64,000 nt of DNA from contig NC_058382.1 of the NCBI RefSeq assembly GCF_018350175.1, positions 61,754,001 through 61,818,000 of the forward strand, written 5' to 3'. The notes below the pieces were generated by a model. It made no database searches and was not told the DNA's origin. It was given only the letters and a program-made list of their open reading frames with translations. Origin of the DNA: Felis catus (taxonomy: Eukaryota). Made by a program: the position numbers and the translations under genes. Shown here in pieces: positions 1-10,000 of this stretch (the stretch's first letter is position 1; each line of letters opens with the position of its first letter).

Positions 1-480
1 TTTTACATCCACGAAGGTGCATTATTGAAACATAGTTTTTCTCTTTCAAAACCCTCATTTCCAGAAGAAGCCAAATCAAGACTAATTCACTTGTAAAACA
101 AGTCCAGTTTTCACAAACTTGGCCTAATTATTTACATAAGCTCAGCAAGACTAGTGATTGATCATATAGATCTTTGAAAATTTGCTTTGCTGGAACCTCT
201 TTCAGAAGGAACCTTTAGATTGAAATTCTAGTAGCCTCTCTAGGCCAGAAGCCAAGTCAAGTACTTGCCATCAGACCTGCCTGCAAAACCTGCAGCTTTG
301 GGTAGATTCCTCTTCATGAGGTCCCCACAGTATCCTGAGGTTCCTGCGCCTGCCAGGAAGTGACTTCTTTACTCACCTGATAAGGCTGCTGGGAACTCTG
401 TAAGCAAGGTATCAGGCCAACATTTCCAAGGGGCCTTATCGGCATCATGCTTCATAGTCAATCTTAGTTTCTTAACGATG
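1..480 (-). mobile_element. ERV1-class (MER4-group-like) internal fragment, truncated by the window edge
   Basis: Motifs such as AAGCCAAGTCAAG..TTGCCATCAGAC and GAGGTTCCTGCGCCTGCCAGGAAGTGAC resemble MER4-group internal sequence (recognised by eye). Confidence 0.55.
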
Positions 481-729
481 TTACCATTCTGGCCAGGGTA
501 CTAACTTCCAGCCATAGGGCAGGCTTTCTCCTCCCGGTAGAGTAGCCACAGTTGAGGGGATAGCAGCCTGAGTGATCAACATGAAAGTGTTGCAATAACA
601 CCACACTTCTCAAAAGGCCCTGAAATGAGGGTAAAGGAAGGAAAGAGTATGGATCAAGTTTGCACCAGCCCAGAATCCAGATGAAAAGACTCATTGCCCC
701 ACATCATGGGTGCCATATAAATGATAAAG

Positions 730-865
730 TTTTTGGGGTGATAGTGGGGTTCGCAGGGTCTGGAACCCATGCCAAGAAAGAATTCTTGAAGACTTCTTTG
801 GTGCAAAAAGGTGATTTTATTAAAGCACAGGGACAGGATCCGTGGGCAGGAAGAGCTGCCCCTTG
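730..865 (-). mobile_element. Carnivore ERV LTR fragment
   Basis: GCCAAGAAAGAATTCTTGAAGAC..GGTGCAAAAAGGTGATTTTATTAAAGCACAGGGACAGGA..GTGGGCAG is typical of an LTR R/U5 region in reverse orientation, including a reverse AATAAA. Confidence 0.55.
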
Positions 866-869
866 TGTT

Positions 870-970
870 TGCATTTTAAATTTATCTAGTTTCCAGTGGA
901 TTTTGGTGTAGGTTGTAAAGTTTGTGTGTACATTTCACTTCATATGGTTTCCAATTAATTCTTCCTTAAC
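870..970 (-). mobile_element. AT-rich L1 ORF2 fragment
   Basis: Similar to the in-window L1 at ~8075-8170 (TTTGTGTATGGTGTAAG..TTCATT..CATG..TCCAG). Confidence 0.45.
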
Positions 971-1046
971 TATTTTTGGCGGAGTCGGGGGATAGTGGGC
1001 TCCACTTAATTTTCAATTTCCAAGACGTCATGGATTCAGCGGGCGG

Positions 1047-1122
1047 CCAGGAGGGGGCGCTGCCTTCACGGACCTGCGAGCCCAGCGTGTCCTGCACTAC
1101 CGCCACCGCCTGCAGGGGGCGC
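1047..1122 (+). promoter_or_regulatory. Tandem pair of CTCF core motifs
   Basis: CCAGGAGGGGGCGC (1047-1060) and CCTGCAGGGGGCGC (1109-1122) lie in the same orientation, 62 bp apart, and closely match the CTCF consensus CCASYAGRKGGCRS. Binding is not shown. Confidence 0.65.
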
Positions 1123-1179
1123 CTGAGCCCCGCTCCCCGACGCCGGCGCCCGCACGCGCATTCAGCCCGCCTCCTGCGT

Positions 1180-1475
1180 GACAGGAGCTCCGCTTCCTCA
1201 GGACCCGCGCTGGGGGGGTATGCGGGGGGATGTGGGGCCGCGGCCGCAGGGACAGGAACCGGGTCTCCTGAGGACCCGCTGTGGGGGCTTCGGGAAGATG
1301 TGGGCCGCGTCTACACTGTCAGAAGCCCCGCCTCTTCAGGACCCGCTGTGGGGGATTCCAGAGGAGGTGGGGCCGCGTCCAAGAACACGGTCTCCTCAGG
1401 ACCCAATGTGGGGGGATTGAGGAGGACGTGGGGCGGCGTCCACGCCGACAAGAACCCGTCTCCTCAGGATCGCTG
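1180..1475. repeat. GC-rich minisatellite, about 4.5 units of 60-70 bp
   Basis: Recurring TCTCCTCAGGACCCGCTGTGGGGG...GTGGGGCCGCGTC...CAAGAAC units start near 1191, 1261, 1328, 1388 and 1456. Confidence 0.85.
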
Positions 1476-1579
1476 CAGGAGGAGCAGGAGGAGAAAGCGA
1501 GGCCGGGGGAGGAGGAGCTTCCGGAGCGGGGACGCTGAGGGGTTGGTGTTCAGGGGACCCGGAGGGGGAGGGGCCCGGC

Positions 1580-2120
1580 GCGGCATCGTGCGCGGTGACA
1601 CTGTGTCCCCGAGGCGCTGTGCGCGCGGCCGTCGGGTCTTCCCGCTTCGGGCTCCGGGGCCGCGGGGCCGCGCGTCCGTGTTCCTGCTCCGCGCCGACTC
1701 GGTTCCCGCAGCGTCCTCGCGCGGTTCGCGGTCCGGGAGCAGGTGCCCGGGCGGTGCTCGCGCTCCCGCCGCTCTGGTCGCGCGCGGGTCGGGGTGTCCG
1801 TCCCGTGTCTGCGACGGCGTCGTGGGGAATTCGGTGCGACGGCCCTGCATCTGCAGGTCGCCCCGGGCAGGACGGACGTGGTCACTGGGGTCGGTTCCTC
1901 CGCGTCCAGGGGCACAGAGTGGTGGCTTTGCATCCCTGTGCGACTTCCTCCGTTTCTGTCCCCAGTGTCCTGTCCGCAGAGAGCAGGCCTGTCGCCTCCT
2001 GGCTTAGATTTCCTCCCGGGCACGTCGTTGCAGTTGTACGTGGGACCGTCTCTTTCCGGCGGGTGGTCGGGAGTGTGTAGATGTGCACGTGGTGTTTGTG
2101 TGTTGATCTCGTAGCCTGCG
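1580..2120 (-). mobile_element. L1 ORF2 fragment with extreme AT->GC substitution
   Basis: 1842-1879 aligns without gaps to in-window L1 8460-8497 (23/38 identical; 14 of 15 differences are A/T->G/C). Colinear similarity runs from ~1580 to ~2120. Confidence 0.8.
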
Positions 2121-2199
2121 GGTGCGCTTACTTATTAGTTCTGTTTACCTTAAAGAGAGCGCCGCCGGTTCTCACCAGCAAAAACGGGTGTGTTTGGCA

Positions 2200-2485
2200 G
2201 GAAGAGAGTATTTATTCGTCCCCCTGTGACTGGCGTATTTCCCTCGGCACGACCACTGCAAGCTTCAGCCCGTGTCGTGGCAGGTGTCGGAAGTCCCGCC
2301 CTTGGGGAGGCCGAGCCCATTCCGTCGCGCAGAGAGCGCCTCCTGTTTATTTATTCGTCTGGCCGCGGTCGCTCGGTTGCTTCCACGTTTGGGCTCCTGG
2401 GAAGAGGCTGCTATGAACCCGGGAACAGGAAATGTGGGCTCAAGGCTTCGCTTTCAGTTTCCGGGCGTGTGTGCAGAGGTGTTAG
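2200..2485 (-). mobile_element. L1 3' end fragment, GC-shifted
   Basis: TGTGACTGGCGTATTTCCCTCGGCAC...GGTTGCTTCCACGTTTGGGCT...GCTGCTATGAAC is colinear with the L1 3' region, e.g. in-window 7190-7450. Confidence 0.75.
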
Positions 2486-2489
2486 CTTC

Positions 2490-4530
2490 CTGAGGAGCCA
2501 CGTACTGTTCTCTGCGGCCGCGCCGTGTTACTTCATTCCTTTACGGGACGGAATACTATTGCCTTTCACGGATCTGCCCCAGTTTGTTTCTCCATTCATC
2601 CCCCCACCCGGGAGCATTTGCATAGTTTCTACCATTTGACTATTGTGAGCAGTGCTGCTGTGTATGTTTGTGCACGTGCTCTTTTTTTCAACTACTGTTT
2701 TCAATTCATCCGGATACCCATCTCGGAGTAGAGTTGCTGAGCCCTATGGTAATTCTGTGTTTTTATCTTTTTGAGGAAATGCCAAACTATTTTACACCTA
2801 GGCGCCACCATTTTACATTTCCACAAAAGCACGTTTAAGGGTTCCAATTTGTCAACATCTTTGCCAGCATTTGTTATTTTGTAGTTTTCTTGATGATAGC
2901 AATTTTAGTGTGTGTACAAGGGTATCTAACTGTGGTTTACATCTTCATTTCCATAAGGACTAATGACGTTTAACATTTTTACACGTCTATTCACCATTGG
3001 TATGATCTCCCCTGGGAAAGGTGTGTCTGAGTTCTTCTCCATTTTAAAACGTGTTTGTTGTTGGTGGTGATGATGAGTTGTGCAAGCTCTTTATATATTC
3101 TGTATAACAGAATAATGTATAACAAGACAAATAATGTGCAGATATTTTCTTCCATTCTAGGCATTGCCTTTTCTCTTTTGGGATAGCACCATTTGATCTA
3201 CAAAGGTTTTTAATGTTGAGGAAACTAAATTTATCTATTTTTTTCCCTTGCTTGCACTTTGGTATCAGCTCTAAGAGCATTGTGAAACTCAATGCTCATG
3301 ACGATCTATCTCCATTTATTTCTTCTAGAGTTCATAAGTTTGCCTCTTACATTCAAGCTTTTGATCCACTTTGAGTTAATGTTTGTATGTGGTGTGAGGG
3401 TAAGGGTCCAGTTTCGTTCCTCTGTGTGTGTGATAGCCAGTGGTCGAGCACCATTTGTTGAAAAGACCATTGTTTCCACAATGGCATGTTGTCCACCCTT
3501 GTCAAAATTCAGTTGGCCATAGATGAAAGGGTGTATTTCTGGGTTTTCAATTAAATCCCACTGATCTGTATGTATATCTTTATGAGAGTATCACAATGTT
3601 TATTTACTGTTGCTTTGTTTGAAGATTTGAAATTGGGAAGTATGAGCTTCTACCTTTGATTTTCTCGATTGTTTTGTTTATTTTGTAGTCCCTTGATTTT
3701 CCATATGACTGTCAGGATTAGCTTGTGCATTTCTTCCCAGAGGCCTTTGTAAATTTTCCTCGGAATCACATTGAATCTACACGTTGCGTTGTGTACTATC
3801 GCCATTTAGCAATAGTATATTTCAGATTGTCTTTAATTTCTTTCAGTAGTGTTTTTTACATCTATTCCCAAGTATTTTATTGATGTTGATGTTACCTAAA
3901 ATGGAATTGTTTTCTTAAATTCTTCTTCATAAGATTCATTGTTAGTGTATACAAATAAGTGAGATATTTGTGCATCAAAATTTTGCCGTGTAACTTTCCT
4001 GAATTAGGTGACTAACTCCAATAATTTTTGCTGATTTTTGGGGAAGTTCTTGATATAAGATGATGTCCTCTCTGGTTTCTGAATAGATGTAGTTCTACCT
4101 TTTCCTTTCACATGCGGATGCCTTTTTTCTTTCCTCATCGCTCTGGGTAGAACTTTCAGTACAGTACTGAGTAATGAGTGAAAAGCCTGCATCTTGGCCT
4201 TGTTTCCGGTATCAGAGGAAACCTTACAGTCTTCAAAATTGAGAATGATGTTTGCTATATGTTTTTAAACAACTTACTCTTTATTCTGACTTTTTTGTGT
4301 CTATGTCATGAACTAGCATTGGATTTTGTTGAGAGCTTTTTCTGTATCAATTAACAATTGATTAACAACCAATTAACAATTCATAACAATGCTTGGTTTC
4401 AGTGTGTTGAATAACCCTTAAATGTCTGGGGTAGACTTGCTTATGGTGCGTGATTCTTTTATGTGCTTTGGTTTTTTATATCACTGTATTCTCTGGAGGA
4501 TTGTTATATCTGTATTTAAAAGGATACAAA
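2490..4530 (-). mobile_element. Old L1 (3' region and ORF2 C-terminal part)
   Basis: Typical L1 antisense motifs. ORF-track peptides at 3044-3292 and 4004-4192 resemble ORF2p. Confidence 0.85.
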
Positions 4531-4579
4531 TATTTTTTTTTTCTGGTTTTGTGTTGTATTGATGTTATATGACTGGGAA

Positions 4580-5220
4580 AGGTATTAGGGTTTAAAGAAC
4601 TATGGCTGTGTCCAGAATAAGTTATGGGGATGGGATGAGGATGGGTAAAGCTTACAGTGACTTTCAGGGTTATGGTTAAAGTAAAAGATAAAGGTAGGGG
4701 TTAAGGGTCAGAATCAGGCTTAAGAAGAGGTGAGTAAATTGAGAATCAAGGTGAAAGTCAGGGTATAAAGTCAGGGTAAAGGGTCAGGATCAGGGTGAGC
4801 ATTTAAGGGTTAGGGTTTAGGGTTAGGGTTAGGGAAGGTTGGATTTAAGGATGGGGGGTTGGGGTTAGGGTTCAGGGTTTGGGGTTCAGGTTAGGGGTTA
4901 GGGCTAGGGGTTAGGGTTGGGGCTAGGGGTTGGGGTTAGGGTTAGGGCTAGTGGTTAGTGGTCAGGGTCTGGGTTAGGTTTTAGAGTTAGTGGGTTAGGG
5001 TTAGGGGGTTAGGGTTAGCATTAGAGGGTTAGGGCACTAGGGGTAGGGGGTTACGGTTAGGATTAGAGGGTTGGGGTTAGGTTTTAGTGTTAGGGATTAG
5101 GGTTAGGCGGTTAGGGGTTAGAAGTTAGATGTTAAGGGTTAGGGTTAGTGCTAAGGGTCTAATTTAGGAGTTTGGTGTAGTGTTTATAGTTAGGGATTAA
5201 AGTGAAGGTTTAGGGTGATC
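4580..5220 (+). repeat. Degenerate telomeric (TTAGGG)n array (interstitial telomeric sequence)
   Basis: Many TTAGGG, TTGGGG, TCAGGG, CTAGGG and TTAGGGG units, purest at ~4805-5150 and more decayed on the left. Confidence 0.92.
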
Positions 5221-5319
5221 ATTATCATCAGGGGAAGGGTAAGACTTGGGTCATTCTTCCTCCCCCCTTGGCACGGAATGTTTCCAGGCATTGGTGCTCC
5301 CTTCATCTGCCTTCTACTG

Positions 5320-5740
5320 TACAGGAGTGGGTTCAGCGTGTGTCCCCCACCCCTCCGCCAAGGTGGTGGGTCATGATTGGGCCATTGCCTTGGGAGGGAA
5401 CTGTGTCACTCACGTGCTCTGTCACACATCACGTAGGAGGGGATCACTCAGGTACTCCTCCTGTGTCCCTTCATTGGTGATATAGCAGTGATGTTCCTTT
5501 TAGGTCAGACGTTTTTTGTGGTGTCTCAGTCGCTCATTGGGTTAAGCGTCCTACTTCGGCTCAGGTCATGGTCTCACAGTTTGTGGGTTTGATCTCTGGA
5601 TCAGCCTCTGTGCTTATGGCTCTGACCTTGTAGCCTTCTTCAGATACTGTGCCTCCTTTTCTCTCTTCCCCCTCCCCACTTTTTTTCTGTTTCTGTCTCT
5701 CTCTCTCTCTGAAAAAAAAAATGAAAGCTGAAAACATTTT
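5320..5740 (+). repeat. Duplicated unit copy 1 (unique spacer plus SINEC at ~5518-5720)
   Basis: Homologous to ~6590-7003. Both share GATGTTCCTTTTAGGTCAGACGTTTTTTGTGGTG and the post-SINE ATGAA(A)GCT.AAAACATTT. Confidence 0.85.
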
Positions 5741-6250
5741 AAATCAGGTCCGTAGTCTTCTTGTTTCTTGTCCTATTCCTGCCTCTTCACAGGAAGGTCC
5801 ATTTCACCGATTTGAACAGACTGTAAAACCCTCCTGTGGCCATTCATATGAGTCACTGTTTAGGGAAGAAGTGATTATGCTGCCTTTGCACGGTTAGGAT
5901 ACCACGGCCATTTCACGAATGTCCCTGGGCAGGCAGGGCCTCTAAAACTAGAAATGCTAGAGGTGATTTTATTGGTAAACAGGCGGCGTTTGTGTTTGCT
6001 GAGTTCCTTTTACTTCTTTTCATCTTTCCTTGATTGCCTATCTATGTTGGGCCAACAATTGGTTTGATATTGACTTACAGTTAGGTTATTTTTATCTCAT
6101 TGTTAACTATCCGTGGTTATTCACTCTGGTATAAGCTGATGCAAGGACAAATATTTCTTGTTGCACATACTAGCATTATTGCTTCTATTGTGAAATTTAC
6201 CCAGTCTTAACTTAGGAGTTGGTTGTTTATTTTTGGTATTCAGATCTTAA
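5740..6250 (-). pseudogene. MT-RNR2: NUMT: diverged fragment of mitochondrial 16S rRNA
   Basis: The reverse complement contains mt-16S hallmarks: AAGGAACTCAGCAAACACAAACGCCGCCTGTTTACCAATAAAATCACCTCTAGCAT, GGTATCCTAACCGTGCAAAGGCAGCATAATCA and GACCTTCCTGTGAAGAGGCAGGAAT. Confidence 0.92.
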
Positions 6251-6499
6251 GATCATATACCAATGCCTGAGTCCTACTATGAATGCTCATTGCCACATCC
6301 CTAACAGCTGCCTACGGTACACAAATCATATTTTCTGCCCTTCTAGGACAGCCTCGATACACGTACATCAGCAAGGGAGGGGTGTCATGCTTGCACCTCA
6401 CCCCCCTCCCGCTATCGGCGAGGGAGTAATGATGCCACTATTAAATATGATGTTTCCTGAATGGCTCTTTTCACTTTCATAGCTAAAGGAGCAGGCAAC

Positions 6500-6943
6500 T
6501 GTTAAGGTAAGTGTTAGGGTAAGTGTTAGGCACCCCCCGTTTGGTGAAAGAGGGGATCTCGCCTGTGCCTTGCTCCCCTACCCGAGGAGCGGTGGGGCGG
6601 GGAGGGGGGGAGAGGGTCATGGGGGGGGGTCACTGTTGCGTGGTCACCATGGCAAAGAAGCGTGTCACTCATGTGTTCTGCCCCACCTCATGGCAGGAGG
6701 GGGTCACGCATGTGCCTCTTCTGCGTCTCTTCATTGGCTATGTAGCAATGATGTTCCTTTTAGGTCAGACGTTTTTTGTGGTGCCTCGGTCACTCAGTGG
6801 GTTAAGTGTCCCACTTCGGCTCAGGTCATGGTCTCACGGTTTGTGGGTATGAACCCTGGGTCAGCCTTTGTGCTGAAGGCTCTGAACGTGGAGCCTCCTT
6901 CAGATACTGTGTCTCTCTCTCTCTGCACCCTTCCCACTTGTGT

Positions 6944-6978
<35 letters not shown>

Positions 6979-7003
6979 AAAAATGAAGCTAAAAACATTT
7001 ATT
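6500..7003 (+). repeat. Duplicated unit copy 2 (telomere-like stub, spacer, SINEC at ~6778-6985)
   Basis: Begins GTTAAGGTAAGTGTTAGGGTAAGTGTTAGG; the remainder is homologous to 5320-5740. Confidence 0.85.
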
Positions 7004-7004
7004 C

Positions 7005-10000
7005 TTAATGCTCCCTACCCATTTAGCCCATCCCCCCTCCCACAACCCCTCTAGTAACCCTCTGTTTGTTCTCCATATTTATGAGTTTCTTATGTTTCCC
7101 CCCCTCTGTTTTTATATTATTTTTGTTTCCCTTCCCTTATGTTCATCTGTTTTGTCTCTTAAAGTCCTCATATGAGTGAGGTCATATGGTATTTGTCTTT
7201 CTCCGAGTGACTAATTTCACTTAGCATAATATCCTCCAGATCCATCCATGTAGTTGCAAATGGCAAGATTTCATTCTTTTTGATTGCTGAGTAATACTCC
7301 ATTGTATATATATACCACATCTTCTTTATCCATTTATCCATCGATGGACATTTGGGCTCTTTCCATACTTTGGCTGTTGTCAATAGTGCTGCTATAAACA
7401 TTGGGGTGCATATGTCCCTTCGAAACGACAACCTATATCCCTTGGATAAATACCTAGTAGTGTAATTGCTGGGTTGTAGGGTAGTTCTATTTTAATTTTT
7501 TGAGGAATCTCCATACTGTTTTCCAGAGTGGCTGCACCAGCTTGCATTCCCACCAACAGTGCAAAAGACATCCTCTTTCTCCACATCCTTGCCAACATCT
7601 ATTATTGCCTGAGTTGTTAATGTTAGCCATTCTGACTGGTGTAAGGTGGTATCTCATTGTGGTTTTGATTTGTATTTACCTGATGATGAGTGATGAACAT
7701 TTTTTCATGTGTCAGTTGGCCATCTGGTTGTCTTCCTTGAAGAAGTGCCTATTCATGTCTTTTGCCCATTTCTTCACTGGATTATTTGTTTTTTTGGGTA
7801 TTGAGTATGATAAGTTCTTTATAGATTTTGGATACTAACCCTTTACCTGATATGTCGTTTGCAAATATCTTCTCCCATTCCACCGGTTGCCTATTAGTTT
7901 TGCTGATTGTTTCCTTCGCTGTGCAGAAACATTTTATTTTGATGAGGTCCTAGTAGTTCACTTTTGCTTTTGCTTCCCTTGCCTCTGGAGACATGTTGAG
8001 TAAGAAGTTGCTGTGGCCAAGATCAAAGAGTTTTTTGCCTGCTTTCTCCTCGAGGATTTTGATGGTTTCCTGTCTTACTTTGAGGTCTTTCATCCATTTT
8101 GAGTTTATTTTTGTGTATGGTGTAAGAAAGTGGTCCAGGTTCATTTTTCTGCATGTTGCTGTCCAGTTTTCCCAGCACCACTTGCTGAGGAGACTGTCTT
8201 TATTCCATTGGATATTCTTTTCTGCTTTGTCAAAGTATAGTTGTGTTCTGTTCAAAGTCTGTTCTTGTGCCATTACCATACTGTCTTGATGATTACAGCT
8301 TTGAAATACAGCTTGAAGTCCAGGATTGTGATGCCTCCTGCTTTGGTTTTCTTTTTCAAGATTGCTTTGGCTATTCAGGGTCTTTTCTGCTTCTATACAC
8401 ATTGTAGGATTATTTGTTGTAGCTCTGTGAAGAATGCTGGTGTTATTTTGATAGGGATTGCATTGAATATGTAGGTTGCTTTGGGTACTATTGACATTTT
8501 AACAATATTTGTTCTTCCTATCCAGGAACATGGAATATTTTTCTTTTTGTGTGTGTCATCTTCAATTTCTTTTATAAGCTTTCTATAGTTTTCAGTGTAT
8601 ATATTTTTCACCTCTTTGGTTAGATTTATTCCTAGGTATTTTATGGTTTTGGTGCAATTGTACATGGGATCAGTTCCTTGATTTCTCTTTCTGTTGCTTC
8701 ATTGTTGATGAATAGGAAAGCAACCGATTTCTCTGTGTTGATTTTATATCCTGTCACTTTGCTGAATTCATGGATCACTTCTAGCAGTTTTTTTGGTGGA
8801 ATCTTTAGGGTTTTCCATATAGAGTACCACGTCATCTGCGAAGAGTGAAAGTTTGACCTCTGCCTGGCCAATTTGGATGCCTTTTATTTCTTTGTGTTGT
8901 CTGATTGCAGAGGCTAGGACTTCCAATACTATGTTGAATAACAGTGGCGAGAGTGGACATCCCTGTCTTATTCCTGACTTTAGGGGGAAAGCTCTCAGTT
9001 TTTCCCCATTGAGGATGATATTAGCATTGGGTCGTTCATATATAGCTTTTATGATCTCGAGGTATGATCCTTCTATCCCTACTTTCTTGAGGGTTTTTTA
9101 TCAAGAAAGGATGCTGTATTTTGTCAAATGCTTTCTCTGCATCTGTTGAGAGGATCATGTGGTTCTTGTCCTTTCTTTTATTGATGTGATCAATCACATT
9201 GATTGTTGTGCGGATATTGAACCAGCCCTGCGTCCCAGGTATAAATCCCACTTGTTCATGGTGAATAATATTTTTAATGTATTGTTGGATCTGGTTGGCT
9301 AATATTTTGTGGAAGATTTTTGTGTCCAGATTCATCAGGGAAATTGGTCTATAGTTCTCCTCTTTTGTGGGGTCTCTGTCTGGTTTTGGAATCAAGGTAA
9401 TGCTGGCTTTATAGAAAGAGTTTGGAAGTTTTCCTTCCATTTCTATTCTTTGGAACAGCTTCAAGAGAATAGGTGTTAACTCTTCCTTAAATGTTTGTTA
9501 GAATTCCCCTGGAATTTCTTCTGGAAAGCCATCCGGCCCTGGGCTCTTGTTCTTTGGGAGATTTTTGATTACTAATTCGATTTCTTTACTGGTTATGGGT
9601 CTGTTCAAATTTCCTACTTCTTTCTGTATCAGTTTTAGTAGCTTATATATTTCTAGGAAATTGTCCATTTCTTCCAGATTGCCCATTTTATTGGCGTATA
9701 GTTGCTCATAATATTCCCTTCTTATTGTTTTTATTTCTGCTGTGTTGGTTGTGATCTCTCCTCTTTCGTTCTTTGTTTTATTTATTTGGGTCCTTTCCTT
9801 TTTCTTTTTGATCAAACTGGCTAGTGGTTTATCAATTTTGTTAATTCTTTCAAAGAACCAGCTTTTGGTTTCATTGATTTATTCTACTGTTTTTTTTTTT
9901 TTTTGATAGCATTGATTTTTGCTCTAATATTTATCATTTCTTGTCTTCTGCTGGTTTTGGGTTTATTTGCTCTTCTTTTCCCAGATCTTTAAGGTGTAAG

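Larger units (their letters stand above)
976..2560. promoter_or_regulatory. CpG island
   Basis: Very high GC and CpG density over ~1.6 kb within an AT-rich background. Confidence 0.85.

Noticed and set aside
1180..1475. CRISPR-like repeat-spacer array
   Set aside because: Mammalian DNA, and whole units are homologous with no unique spacers, so it is a minisatellite.
976..2007. 343-aa ORF and overlapping ORFs in the CpG island
   Set aside because: Low-complexity Arg/Gly/Pro/Ala frames arise from stop-codon depletion in GC-rich minisatellite and GC-shifted L1 sequence. The start is non-ATG and no domain is recognisable.
5740..6250. Functional rRNA gene or mitochondrial contamination
   Set aside because: Partial, mutated in conserved motifs and embedded in nuclear repeats, so it is called a NUMT.
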